Below, piece after piece: positions 46,701 through 55,853 of a stretch of DNA of 64,000 nt. A model generated the notes under the pieces. The model did not search any database. It was given only the letters and a program-made list of their open reading frames with translations, and was not told the DNA's origin. Within the stretch, counting starts at the first letter, position 1; every line of letters begins with the position of its first letter. The position numbers and the translations under genes were made by a program. The stretch lies in NCBI GenBank assembly GCA_030583725.1, contig CP129472.1:64286-128285 (forward strand), given 5' to 3'. The stretch comes from a bacterium. GTDB lineage: Bacteria; Patescibacteriota; Microgenomatia; UBA8517.

Positions 46701-46946
46701 ATTTTCATTTATGCCAATAACTTTACCAGATACAGACTCATTTTTGATACGAATTTCAATTTCAGAATCAGAGTCAATATCTTGTAAAAAATCCATAACA
46801 AATTCGTAGATATGTAACTCTCCTACGACAGATGTTAACTGGCCGTTTGTTAGTCGAATACTGGAGCCACCTTCTTTTTGAAGATATTTAATATTAGCAT
46901 CAAGGGCTAACATCATCTCATCTATAATGTTTTGATTATCAGTCAT
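43722..46946 (-). CDS. Upf1/Dna2-like SF1 helicase fused to a PLD-family nuclease domain and a C-terminal topoisomerase-type C4 zinc finger (1074 aa)
   Basis: Walker A 'GPPGTGKTH'; motif II 'VIIDEASM'; 'VGDFLQLPP'; 'SPFRAQ'; 'VHKFQGGEKQIIIFD'; PLD HKD motif 'HRKLAIIDRNILWEGSLNILS'; zinc ribbon 'CPNPNHEPQPMIKRKSRFGGYLWGCKFYPKC'. Long coiled-coil insert between the helicase halves. Confidence 0.75.
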   Translation of the reverse strand: MTDNQNIIDEMMLALDANIKYLQKEGGSSIRLTNGQLTSVVGELHIYEFVMDFLQDIDSDSEIEIRIKNESVSGKVIGINENIIEVQLEKNIGSTISEAMMIISSYYLLQLLYNKLQKIKNGEIKITDLANKTFNPDTSKSMIDNDYIIPSVGESLNEFQERALRLVMGSEVSYIWGPPGTGKTHLIAKMLEGMLSLNYSTLLLSHTNKATDEALNKTVQYLLQTKQLSDLESGNIIRIGKVNADSKLYETEKDLKSIDYVDPGKALEIKGSPIRKEIGDLNAKIDKINKECEYSEKIVELFDNLDNCDKDIEKISRELVSNKNKLISSKELVTGHKHKLADINQRIANYQNSNSIMRFFSGTNLSQLISEKTKLLENIENLKQKNEATIYQIETIEGRLRIFTEEAEKLRNDLRDNSREENEAKVLANRKIIKDLDSQKSELENQLNNLISLVVKNAKIIATTLTKSYSSSEILSREYDCVIIDEASMAPLPAVWHACGLSKTKTVIVGDFLQLPPIAKHKVLDNRNLSDEQKQAEQDLVDKWLKRDVFKASGVEDNLRNKTLVNCLQQLRRQYRMHPDISNLVNHLVYSKIGKDYELISDIKATSDKGSVLLSKPPLPDFHIGVFDTSEVGTIAVKTDSGSYYNLYNALLAVDIAKQAIKSGYKTIGIISPFRAQVNLIQKILKDENTDDKVVVDTVHKFQGGEKQIIIFDVTTANQTKLTDDSQDGGDDEKLINVAFSRTQEKCIVIVDSKSLLVKHSLSSKLRMFVEYSRLNNYPFVNAKEILPKYVVTDKTEKWLSKIVQTKELEKGDSQSKLFDETDFYNVFVNDLLKAKNEVVIDSPYITMNRVNFFLPIFRHLISKGVNIFLLTRMTKEHSSLMKQQAESGIKELSKLGVVVLPFVGFIHRKLAIIDRNILWEGSLNILSQKDSHEVMRRFEGESTCNQMFKFLKLDKNIGKIGTNNLRLCEFCKETGAYYWTDKSRFGSYWTYCLLRMHKPGVIPKTDIETKEQKEKLTSLRKMVKKYTPAGEPICPNPNHEPQPMIKRKSRFGGYLWGCKFYPKCKITEKYIDK

Positions 46947-47228
46947 TTGGTTCAGTTAAACTATTATAATACTCGCCTGTCTGTATTAACTAATATTGTA
47001 ACTAAAAAAATGAAACATTACCTCATATTATCCGCAAGCAGTTATAAAAACAGTTTTTATGAACCTGCATAGGCTTGAAGGTGATATGGTTTGTCACTAA
47101 AAGTTACTAGTTGACTCACTATCCCTAGTGTTAGAACATAGGCATATAGCCTCAGATTAGCTATAAGACTTAGATCTGTGTTTATATGTATCTGAAGTTT
47201 TAGTTAAGTACTTTGCTAAGGATAGTGG

Positions 47229-47314
47229 GAGCTCGTGGCGAAACTGGTACACGCGATAGTTCAGAGAACTATTTCCTCTCAGGATTACGAGTTCAAATCT
47301 CGTCGAGCTCACCA
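47229..47314 (+). tRNA. Class II tRNA (Leu-like, discriminator A, CCA encoded) with an atypical anticodon arm: the canonical fold gives C33 and anticodon AGA, an alternative register gives CAG
   Basis: GAGCUCG/CGAGCUC acceptor with extra 5' G, 3-bp D-stem GCG/CGC, long variable arm, T-arm ACGAG-UUCAAAU-CUCGU, 3' ACCA. Confidence 0.5.
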
Positions 47315-47478
47315 GTATCCTTAACAGAACATTCAACTAATTAAGTGCTTTTTGTAATTGTTGTACAAAAGTTAATCTAACTTTCATTAAACATTTATTT
47401 CCCTGCGATGTCAACAACGACTGCGTTGAAGGAGTAAATCAGATAGGTTTCCGATTTTACCCATATTTTTAGTAGATT

Positions 47479-48105
47479 TCAACTTTTTATTGTACTTTTA
47501 TCAAATGCAATTTTTACGGCTTCATCTTCGTAAATAGGTTCTTTGGTTTCTGGAACTCTATAACTATGATCTGCATTTTTAATTTCAAAATAATTTATAT
47601 CTTTTGAAACTGCCGTTTTTAAATCATTTTTAACAACCTCTATGTTTCCAAACTTGTCTTTCTCACCTTGAATAATATCTATTTTTCCTTCAAAAGTTTT
47701 TAAATCTATACTTCCTGTAACATATCCAAAAACTATTGCTGAATATTTTGATTGTTCTTCTTTCGGTAACGATTTTAGATAATAACTAGCAATTATTGCT
47801 CCTAGTGATTTTCCTATTAACCTAACATGTTTATACTCCTTTGCTCTACACTCATCTAAAATAGATCGTAATGTTTCTAGTTCTTCTTTTAATTCTGGTC
47901 CTGAAGATTGTTCTTCCCCTCTTTCATAATATGGAAAATTAAAATTAACTACTGAATGGCCTTGTTTTACACATTCATCAAATATCATTTGCATCAACGA
48001 ATAATTCATGCCACCTGAACTACCATGAAGTAAAACATCTAGAGTGTCTGATTTGTTACTTACAAATTTTAAACTTGGGATATCCATTTTAATTATTTTA
48101 AACAA
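47479..48105 (-). CDS. Alpha/beta-hydrolase
   Basis: Nucleophile elbow 'GKSLG'; 208 aa. Confidence 0.6.
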   Translation of the reverse strand: MFKIIKMDIPSLKFVSNKSDTLDVLLHGSSGGMNYSLMQMIFDECVKQGHSVVNFNFPYYERGEEQSSGPELKEELETLRSILDECRAKEYKHVRLIGKSLGAIIASYYLKSLPKEEQSKYSAIVFGYVTGSIDLKTFEGKIDIIQGEKDKFGNIEVVKNDLKTAVSKDINYFEIKNADHSYRVPETKEPIYEDEAVKIAFDKSTIKS

Positions 48106-49120
48106 ATTTAATTAATTCTTTTAATCTTACTTCATAGGAATGTTCAGCTACTAATTTGTTTCGTATACCTTTACTAATATCTGAATATTTTTTGTAATCC
48201 TTCATAATCATCAGTAGTTTTTCGTTAGACAAAACCAATTCTTTTACAGTATCACCATAAAGTTCCGATGCGTGAGCGAAATATTCAGGAATGACAGGAA
48301 CTGTATCGGCTGCAAAAGTTTCAAGCATTCTTGGTGTTACCAGTTTTAACTTATTAAGTATCGGCCTAATGTAAATTGGATTAATTAGCCCTCTACTCAT
48401 TGATGATTCTACTTTTCCATAAGGTGCTGATTTTAATATTTCTACATTATTCGCCTTAAGAAAATTTGGATCGGAATAGGTGGCTTCTTCAAAACCTTTC
48501 ATCACTTTTTCATCCCAATGACTTCCCATGACACCTATTCTCTTTAATACATTTCTAATTGAGTTTGTCGATTTTGCAAGTTTTGTTATATCATCCCATC
48601 GATACCAATTATTACCTACATAAAGAAAATCAAAATCTTTTTTAATATTTTCGAAATTATTATCAGCATCAATTCCAAAATAAATAAATTTGGATACCTT
48701 TTCTTTTGTTATTTTATCCAATGTCGGTTGGAGAATTTTATCTGATAGACTGTCGTAAAGTGTTGTCCAGTATTCGTATGAATCGGGAGTTGGATGATTT
48801 GTATCATTTTCCAAAACTGACGGTTCCAAATATTTGCAATCAGGATCGATTAGTAATATTTTTGATCTTGGTATACTTTTCCTGATTTCGTCTAAATCCT
48901 CATTTGATAAAAATGGATAGGATTCATAAACTATAACTAAAATATCTAAATCCCAAGATCTTTCTGCAACAGGTACAACTTTCCTTATTTCTTCATCAAT
49001 GTAACCAAACTCAGATACTCTAACATCATGTCCTAATATCTTGCCGGCATTTACATATCCCAGCAATGCATTACTAGATCCACAGTTATATTGATAATTA
49101 CCAACAAATGCTATTTTCAT
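48098..49120 (-). CDS. Hypothetical protein (possibly glycosyltransferase-associated)
   Basis: 340 aa, no clear motif; overlaps the downstream hydrolase by 8 nt (operon). Confidence 0.4.
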   Translation of the reverse strand: MKIAFVGNYQYNCGSSNALLGYVNAGKILGHDVRVSEFGYIDEEIRKVVPVAERSWDLDILVIVYESYPFLSNEDLDEIRKSIPRSKILLIDPDCKYLEPSVLENDTNHPTPDSYEYWTTLYDSLSDKILQPTLDKITKEKVSKFIYFGIDADNNFENIKKDFDFLYVGNNWYRWDDITKLAKSTNSIRNVLKRIGVMGSHWDEKVMKGFEEATYSDPNFLKANNVEILKSAPYGKVESSMSRGLINPIYIRPILNKLKLVTPRMLETFAADTVPVIPEYFAHASELYGDTVKELVLSNEKLLMIMKDYKKYSDISKGIRNKLVAEHSYEVRLKELIKFV

Positions 49121-49166
49121 TTATTTTCCTTAGAAATCGATTATACTATATCAGTTAACCAAAAAT

Positions 49167-50381
49167 ATGGACATACTAGACGCATATTATAAAAAAACAA
49201 TTGACTTTACATTTCAAGATAAAAAATTGAAATTTAAAGTTTCACAAGCCTTATTCAGCTCGCATATTATAGATTCTGGAACTCAGAGGCTTCTCAGAAC
49301 ATTCATGAATAGTAACGGTTTTTTTAACAAAATTTTAGATTTGGGATGTGGATATGGACCAATTGGAATAACATTAAAAACTTTATATCCTAACTCAGAA
49401 ATTCATATGGTAGACAGAGATGCACTGGCACTCGAATATGCACAGATAAATGCTGGCCTAAATAAAACTAACAACTATAAAATATATGCAAGCTTAGGAT
49501 ATGACTCAGTAGATACCAAAGACTTTGATTTAATAATTTCAAACATTCCTGCTAAGGTTGGTAAAAATGTTTTGTCACACATGTTAATTGATTCAAAATA
49601 TTTTTTAAGCAATGATGGTTTTGTTGCAATTGTCGTTGTTGATGCAATATTAGAGGATGTCAAAGACATATTGTCTAATCCAGAGATTGAAATAGTATTG
49701 CAAAAATCTTGGCCTGGTCATACAGTGTTTCATTACAAATTCAATTCTCCTCACACATCAAAAGTTAACACAGTAGTTAATAGTTTTGATTCAGGATTGT
49801 ACGATAGAGATGAGAACACACTTAAAATAGGTGGCAAGGAAGCAGTGTTAAAATCATCTTTTAACTTGCCTGAGTTTGATGAAATGAGTTATGAAACTCA
49901 AATGCTTTTAAATAACGTTACAGATATTAAAAACCAAAATATTTCCAACTGCCTTGTGTTTAATGTTAATCAAGGCCACATTCCTGTTGCAATTACTCTT
50001 TTGACTAAGGTAGATAAGATGATAGTTGTTGATAGAAATTTACAATCACTAAAAGTGACTGAAAGAAATCTAATAAATAACGGATTCTTAAAAGAAAATA
50101 TAATTGTAAAACACCAAGTAGGTATTAGTATAAATTTATCTAAAATTGACTGTGTAGTTGGCATACTTAACAAAAAGGATGAAAGAAGTGTAAATGATTT
50201 AACCATTGATCAAATTGTAAGCCAACTGACTGACAAAGGGGTTGCGTATATTGTCTCAAGCTCAAACATAATTACACAAATTGAAAGGAAAATAAAAAAA
50301 GTTAAGGAGTTACAAACTATAAAAAGAATTAGATATAAAGGAGATAGCTTCATATCCTTCAAATTTAAAAGTAAAAAATAA
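49167..50381 (+). CDS. Two-domain SAM-dependent methyltransferase (RsmC/RlmG-like small-domain type)
   Basis: 'LDLGCGYGPIGI', 'DLIISNIPAKVG' (N-I-P motif IV). Confidence 0.5.
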   Translation: MDILDAYYKKTIDFTFQDKKLKFKVSQALFSSHIIDSGTQRLLRTFMNSNGFFNKILDLGCGYGPIGITLKTLYPNSEIHMVDRDALALEYAQINAGLNKTNNYKIYASLGYDSVDTKDFDLIISNIPAKVGKNVLSHMLIDSKYFLSNDGFVAIVVVDAILEDVKDILSNPEIEIVLQKSWPGHTVFHYKFNSPHTSKVNTVVNSFDSGLYDRDENTLKIGGKEAVLKSSFNLPEFDEMSYETQMLLNNVTDIKNQNISNCLVFNVNQGHIPVAITLLTKVDKMIVVDRNLQSLKVTERNLINNGFLKENIIVKHQVGISINLSKIDCVVGILNKKDERSVNDLTIDQIVSQLTDKGVAYIVSSSNIITQIERKIKKVKELQTIKRIRYKGDSFISFKFKSKK

Positions 50382-50388
50382 ATATATT

Positions 50389-51462
50389 ATGTTGGACTTA
50401 TCAAGTGATATATTTTCGGGAAAATATTTACCTTCACAATGGGAAAGAAAAGAAATAGACGTGAGTAAATATGAAAAAGCATTAAATATTATTTGTCCAA
50501 ATATGGATATATTGGGTCAATTGACAAGAAGTACTAACACTGTATCTTTTGTGTTGAAAAGCTCACAAAAATTATTCGTATGCCAATTTGCACCTCCAAA
50601 TTTAACCAAAGTATCTAAATTTGAAGAAAAGAACAACCCAAACAAATTTCAAGGTGCTCAAGAACGTATGGCACACCTAAATGAGCATAAAATATCTGTG
50701 CCTGAAATAATATTAAAAGGAGAAACAATAATCGACAGCCAAAAAAGACAATACATTGTAATGAATTTTGTTGATGGGATAAGTGCTGACCGTCTATTAG
50801 CAAGATCGCCTGAATCCAGATTAACTATATATCATGAGTTTGGTAGAATTTTATCAAAATTGTCGACTGTTCCAATCATTGAGCCTGAGAATAGAACTCC
50901 CTCAAAAATTGTATTAGATAAAGTTAATCACGCTGCAAAATATATTTTAAACAGAAAAATTATATCTCAAGATCAATTTGATAAATTAATAATGTTAGTA
51001 AATGCTCGACTAACAATACTAGGTGAGATGCCTCTGGCCTATGTTCACTTAGATCCTTCTCCAACCAATTTACACATAAAGATTCAGGGCACAAAACATG
51101 TAACAACATTAATGGATATTGAAGCAATTCAAATTGGACATCCAATTATTGAAGGACTAGGTCGAGCAATCATGACTGGTATCTATGATTGGAGTTATAT
51201 TACAAACGGAAATACCGATGAAATTCAGTCCAATGTAGAATCATTTCTTAGTGGATATTCTGAGATGTCTTTATATGCAAAAAGTTTACTAAGATCGAAA
51301 AAAGATTTTGAATGGCTATTACAAACTTGTCGAATTATACATTTACCTCAATCAATCATGTATGAAGACAAAAAAGACACATCTTTATTTAATCCAGACG
51401 ATATATCGTTTAATTGGAGTATCGACACCTTACAGAAGCTAATAACAGGTAACGAAAAATAG
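50389..51462 (+). CDS. Kinase-like phosphotransferase (APH/CotS family)
   Basis: 'YVHLDPSPTNLHI' catalytic loop, 'LMDIEAI' DxE/DFG-like. Confidence 0.55.
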   Translation: MLDLSSDIFSGKYLPSQWERKEIDVSKYEKALNIICPNMDILGQLTRSTNTVSFVLKSSQKLFVCQFAPPNLTKVSKFEEKNNPNKFQGAQERMAHLNEHKISVPEIILKGETIIDSQKRQYIVMNFVDGISADRLLARSPESRLTIYHEFGRILSKLSTVPIIEPENRTPSKIVLDKVNHAAKYILNRKIISQDQFDKLIMLVNARLTILGEMPLAYVHLDPSPTNLHIKIQGTKHVTTLMDIEAIQIGHPIIEGLGRAIMTGIYDWSYITNGNTDEIQSNVESFLSGYSEMSLYAKSLLRSKKDFEWLLQTCRIIHLPQSIMYEDKKDTSLFNPDDISFNWSIDTLQKLITGNEK

Positions 51463-51477
51463 AAGTTGACAAAATAT

Positions 51478-52605
51478 CTATTTAAGAAGTTCTTTTATTT
51501 TTTCTATTGCAAGATCTACTCCATTACCACCCAACGAATCTATATAATCCTTACCTTTTTTCACCATTTCATTGGACCATTCATTTCTATTTTTTACAAG
51601 ATCATTAAGTTCTAAACCAATTTTACGCTGAACATCTTCAGATTTTTCTAAAAGTCGTAGTTGTTCAAGTACCAGTCTCATACTTTCCTCCCCTGGAAGA
51701 TGAAGTAAATTAAGTTCAGGGAAAAACTCTTTAAGATGGACTGATGCTTTTGCTAAACCAAGACCATTAAAACCATCTAATTGTATATATTGACTGTCGT
51801 TTGATGGTGGCAAATAAACTACAGGCGTTTCAGTGTAAAATGCACCCCTTGCAGTTATCAGACCTGGGGTGATAAGTATAACTTCAGATTGGGACATCTC
51901 ACTTACAAATTTGTCATGTGCAAGAGTAGTAAACTCAAAAGGTGTATTTGCGAATCTTTTTTTAAGTTCTTCAACTGTTTTTTCATTTGTTGCAAGAATC
52001 ACACGTTCAAAATCTGACCAATCAACATATTTTGAAAGAATATCTGTCATTACAAAGGGGAAATTGGTATCCTTTCCAACTTTGTACACATGGGTTGCTT
52101 GCGCACCTCCAAACGAAATGAATGCTTGTTTTTTTCTAGGTAATTTTTTAGATTTGGCCATAATTGGACCGACAGTTAATAGGTTTTTAATCTTGTCGAC
52201 ATAAAGATTGTCATTTGCACTGGAATAAAATGTTCGTTCACGAATATAAAGGTCAACATCAAAAAGTTCATCTGAAATGGATGGCCAAAACCAGAACAAA
52301 ACGTCCTCATATATAGTAATTTTGTTATGCTTCTTAGCAATTTTTATACTTGCAAGGTCCATACAACTAACTACTGCGTCACATTTAGATATAATATCTT
52401 CAAGCTTGGATAGATTTTTAGGATCTTCTATATCAAGTTCATAAACTTCATTAAAGGGAAATTTTCTAGCCAATTGAAGCGATGTTCCAAAACCTACAAA
52501 AATTAATTCAAAATCTTTAGTATTTCTAAATTCTTCAATAAGATATAGTAATGGACCCACTGAACCGAAGGCAAAATCTTGAGCTGTAAAAACAATCTTC
52601 ATCAT
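51478..52605 (-). CDS. GT-B fold glycosyltransferase-like protein (MGT/UDP-glycosyltransferase-like), tentative
   Basis: Two-domain Rossmann-like pattern; 375 aa. Confidence 0.4.
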   Translation of the reverse strand: MMKIVFTAQDFAFGSVGPLLYLIEEFRNTKDFELIFVGFGTSLQLARKFPFNEVYELDIEDPKNLSKLEDIISKCDAVVSCMDLASIKIAKKHNKITIYEDVLFWFWPSISDELFDVDLYIRERTFYSSANDNLYVDKIKNLLTVGPIMAKSKKLPRKKQAFISFGGAQATHVYKVGKDTNFPFVMTDILSKYVDWSDFERVILATNEKTVEELKKRFANTPFEFTTLAHDKFVSEMSQSEVILITPGLITARGAFYTETPVVYLPPSNDSQYIQLDGFNGLGLAKASVHLKEFFPELNLLHLPGEESMRLVLEQLRLLEKSEDVQRKIGLELNDLVKNRNEWSNEMVKKGKDYIDSLGGNGVDLAIEKIKELLK

Positions 52606-52647
52606 GATGTAGTATTATACTACTATCAGGCACAAAATGTTTAACTT

Positions 52648-53508
52648 ATGAAAACTATTAATTATTCTAAGCAAAGCGCTTTAGGTTATGCTGGTTTAGC
52701 TTTGCTCCGAAACTGGCTAATCGGCAAAAGTTCTTCAATTACTTCGATATTTAATGAAATATCGAATCTCGCAGAAAACCAAGCCGACACACTAGAAGTA
52801 ACAGATATAAAAACAAAGGCAGTTGAACATAATATCGAATCTGGTTATAAAATATGGTCCAAAATATACGATACCGAAGAAAACATATTAATTGAGATTG
52901 AAGAACCAATTGTCAAGAAATTATTAGAAAAATATCCGACAGGAAAAGTAGTTGATCTAGGATGTGGAACTGGAAGATATAGCCTATATCTTAATTCACT
53001 TGGCCATTCTGTTACTGGAATTGATATCTCTGAAGATATGATAAACATAGCTCGATCAAAAAACAAAAAGGTTAAATTCCTTCAAGGAGACATGAGAAAG
53101 CTTCCATTTAATGATAATGAATTCGACTTTGCTATTTCAGGTTTAGCGATACACTATGTAAAAAATTTAGAGGAAACAATAAAAGAATACTCAAGAGTTT
53201 TAAAGCCTGGTGGAAAACTAATTATCTCTAGCATTCATCCTTGGATGGTTGCATTAGGAGTGCATGCCGAGTTCCATGATAAGAAATCTGGATGGGGCTT
53301 TATTAGAGACAGTATCTTATGGCACAGTTCATACATTGAAGCGTTTAATAAAGCATCGTTGCAAATTGTACATTGTTATGAACCTAAAATAGAATCTAGC
53401 CATATTAAAACTTTACAAAAATGGTCAATACTCAGTCCTAAAACATTATCATCAGCATTAAAGGGATTACCAGTTGCTATAATTTGGGTTCTTAAAAAAA
53501 ATAAATAA
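52648..53508 (+). CDS. Class I SAM-dependent methyltransferase
   Basis: 'VVDLGCGTGRYSLYL' motif I, 'LKPGGKLII'. Confidence 0.7.
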   Translation: MKTINYSKQSALGYAGLALLRNWLIGKSSSITSIFNEISNLAENQADTLEVTDIKTKAVEHNIESGYKIWSKIYDTEENILIEIEEPIVKKLLEKYPTGKVVDLGCGTGRYSLYLNSLGHSVTGIDISEDMINIARSKNKKVKFLQGDMRKLPFNDNEFDFAISGLAIHYVKNLEETIKEYSRVLKPGGKLIISSIHPWMVALGVHAEFHDKKSGWGFIRDSILWHSSYIEAFNKASLQIVHCYEPKIESSHIKTLQKWSILSPKTLSSALKGLPVAIIWVLKKNK

Positions 53509-55055
53509 TGATGAAACACAAAGAAGCACTCACCCAAAAAAGTAACGATTACTCATCACTTGAAAAAGAGTATTTGAAACTCACAAGATCAGAATTACTA
53601 GATCCATTTTCTGTTCCGCCAGATATAAAGATCAATGAGGATATGACAGCTACAATCATAATTCCTGGAAAGAATGTTGAGCCATCGATTCTTGCCTGTC
53701 TTGTGGCAATTGAGCAAAGTAGCTTCAATATTAAGTATCCAGAAAAATTAGAAGTTATATTTATTGATGATGGCTCAAATGATAGAACATGGGAAATTAT
53801 TAATAATAATGATCTTGCATTGAATCTTGTTGTAATAAAGCAAAAACATTCAGGCCAATCACGTGCACTTAATACTGCAATTTCTATTGCTAAAAATAAA
53901 ATTATTATTTCTTGTGATGCAGACATGATTCTTTCTTATTACACAATTGAACAGTTAATGATAAGGCACCAGCTGTTTCCAAATGTCTTGTTAGCAGGAT
54001 TTCGTTCAGAAGTATCTAAGGACGACCCACGAGTTGATCCTAAAAATATAAGGCATTTGGGATTACACAGATATCCGACTCTGACAACTGATGAGAGGAT
54101 AGTATTTTCATCATCAGGTTATCCGAACAATATGTGCTTAGCAAGTAATCATTATAAAGATTTAGGGCACTTAAATGGGCTCTGGATGCGTAATACTAAT
54201 GATCCTTGGTTAGTTTCTGATCTAGTTTTTGGTGCACTTTTTAGCCTTCCAAAAGAAACTTACAATGAAATAGGTGGATTTGAGGAACGATTCATTGGTT
54301 ATGGTTGTGCTGATGGTTATGTAGCCTCAAAGGCTATTTCTTTAGGAAAATTCATCTTGCCTGTCTACTCTGCTACAGGATTACACATTAGTCACTCATC
54401 GAGGACAGAAGATAAATTTAGTGAATACTTAAATAATCGACGTATGTTTTACAAACTGATAGAAGAGACCGAAACAAATGACTTTATGAATTGGATAGAT
54501 AAACCAAAAGATCATATTATTGAGCAAATACACAAGAAACCTGCACTTATTAGAATATCAAATAATGACGCTTCCATTAAAACGAATGTTCCTAGAAACT
54601 TAGAAATCGATACATTATTAGCCATTGGTCAATTTAACAAGGTAATAGATCATATACCTAAAGATACATCGGATGAGAAGCTACTTTTAAATTTAGGTCA
54701 TGCATATTTAGGTACGGAAAATTACAATGAGGCAGTTGATATTTTTAATAAATTATCAGAAAAATCAAATGACTACCTACTTGGTTTATTTCAATCTCAG
54801 GTAGCAATAGAGAAATTTTCTGATGCTGGAAAAACTTTAGAAAGATATCTCCAAACTATTGAAGTTAATGAAGATATTAGTTATTGGAATAACAATCCAG
54901 AATTTTATATAAAACAAGGAACACTTTTTTATAATCAAAATTTTTACAAGATAGCAATTAGATGCTTTGGGATCGCTTTAGCTAAACAGCCATCTAATAG
55001 TATTGCTTTGGATTATCACGACAGATGTCTTCAAAAACTACAAAAAATTAGTTAG
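53508..55055 (+). CDS. Family 2 glycosyltransferase with C-terminal TPR repeats
   Basis: 'TIIIPGKNVEP...IFIDDGSNDRT' GT2 N-terminal signature; TPR-like C-terminal third. Confidence 0.7.
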   Translation: MMKHKEALTQKSNDYSSLEKEYLKLTRSELLDPFSVPPDIKINEDMTATIIIPGKNVEPSILACLVAIEQSSFNIKYPEKLEVIFIDDGSNDRTWEIINNNDLALNLVVIKQKHSGQSRALNTAISIAKNKIIISCDADMILSYYTIEQLMIRHQLFPNVLLAGFRSEVSKDDPRVDPKNIRHLGLHRYPTLTTDERIVFSSSGYPNNMCLASNHYKDLGHLNGLWMRNTNDPWLVSDLVFGALFSLPKETYNEIGGFEERFIGYGCADGYVASKAISLGKFILPVYSATGLHISHSSRTEDKFSEYLNNRRMFYKLIEETETNDFMNWIDKPKDHIIEQIHKKPALIRISNNDASIKTNVPRNLEIDTLLAIGQFNKVIDHIPKDTSDEKLLLNLGHAYLGTENYNEAVDIFNKLSEKSNDYLLGLFQSQVAIEKFSDAGKTLERYLQTIEVNEDISYWNNNPEFYIKQGTLFYNQNFYKIAIRCFGIALAKQPSNSIALDYHDRCLQKLQKIS

Positions 55056-55806
55056 ATATAGGAATTCCAGTTGGAGTTGTTGTTGATTCTACTGTTGGAA
55101 TTGGAGTCGGTGCAACTGTAGGAACGGGAGTTTCTGTAGGCTTTGGTGTTGGAGTTGTTGTTGGGATTGGTACTGGTGTTGTTGAAAGTACTTCTAGATC
55201 TTGGATATCTTCTACTTCTAACACTTTGTTTTTAGAATCATATGTACCAACTGCAAGTATTCTTTTTCCAACTAGAGTAGAAAGATTAAAACCAACTGGT
55301 ATTTCTAAAGTAACAGCTTCTGTTGATGTGGTGATTAAATAAAATTTAACAGGATTAGTATTTGTTTTTGTTAATGTTCCTTTTAAGGCTGTATCTTTTA
55401 ATAATTCAGGAGTTGGCGTGTTTGTGGGAGTTGTGACTATAGAATTATTAAATTTTATCCAAGGAAAGAAAGTTGGAAGAACTACGCCACCTAAACCAAA
55501 GGCAAGTGAAAAAGCAATTAATGCAACTCCAAAGACTGTAAGAGGTTTCATTCTAAATCTCATATCAATTCCTTCATTTGCCATTATTCTTCTCCACCAA
55601 TACTTAATATATACAAGTGGATTAGTTACTTTTAAATTAACAAGATCAGGAGGGTTAGTTGTATTTACTGAAGTTGGGTTGTTAACTGATACAGATATTG
55701 GCGGTAGTTTTGTTGGATCATCTTTTGCAACAAACTTACCACCACTACCTCTAACTTGTTTCTTTGCATTCTCACTTTTAATTTGACTTAAAATATCATC
55801 CTCCAT
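55048..55806 (-). CDS. Membrane-anchored protein with a Pro/Thr-rich C-terminal tail
   Basis: Single TM; tail 'TPVPIPTTTPTPKPTETPVPTVAPTPIPTV'. Confidence 0.45.
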   Translation of the reverse strand: MEDDILSQIKSENAKKQVRGSGGKFVAKDDPTKLPPISVSVNNPTSVNTTNPPDLVNLKVTNPLVYIKYWWRRIMANEGIDMRFRMKPLTVFGVALIAFSLAFGLGGVVLPTFFPWIKFNNSIVTTPTNTPTPELLKDTALKGTLTKTNTNPVKFYLITTSTEAVTLEIPVGFNLSTLVGKRILAVGTYDSKNKVLEVEDIQDLEVLSTTPVPIPTTTPTPKPTETPVPTVAPTPIPTVESTTTPTGIPISN

Positions 55807-55853
55807 GTTTTTACCTCTAATTAAATATTAGTACTTTGAAAGGCAAACTACAA

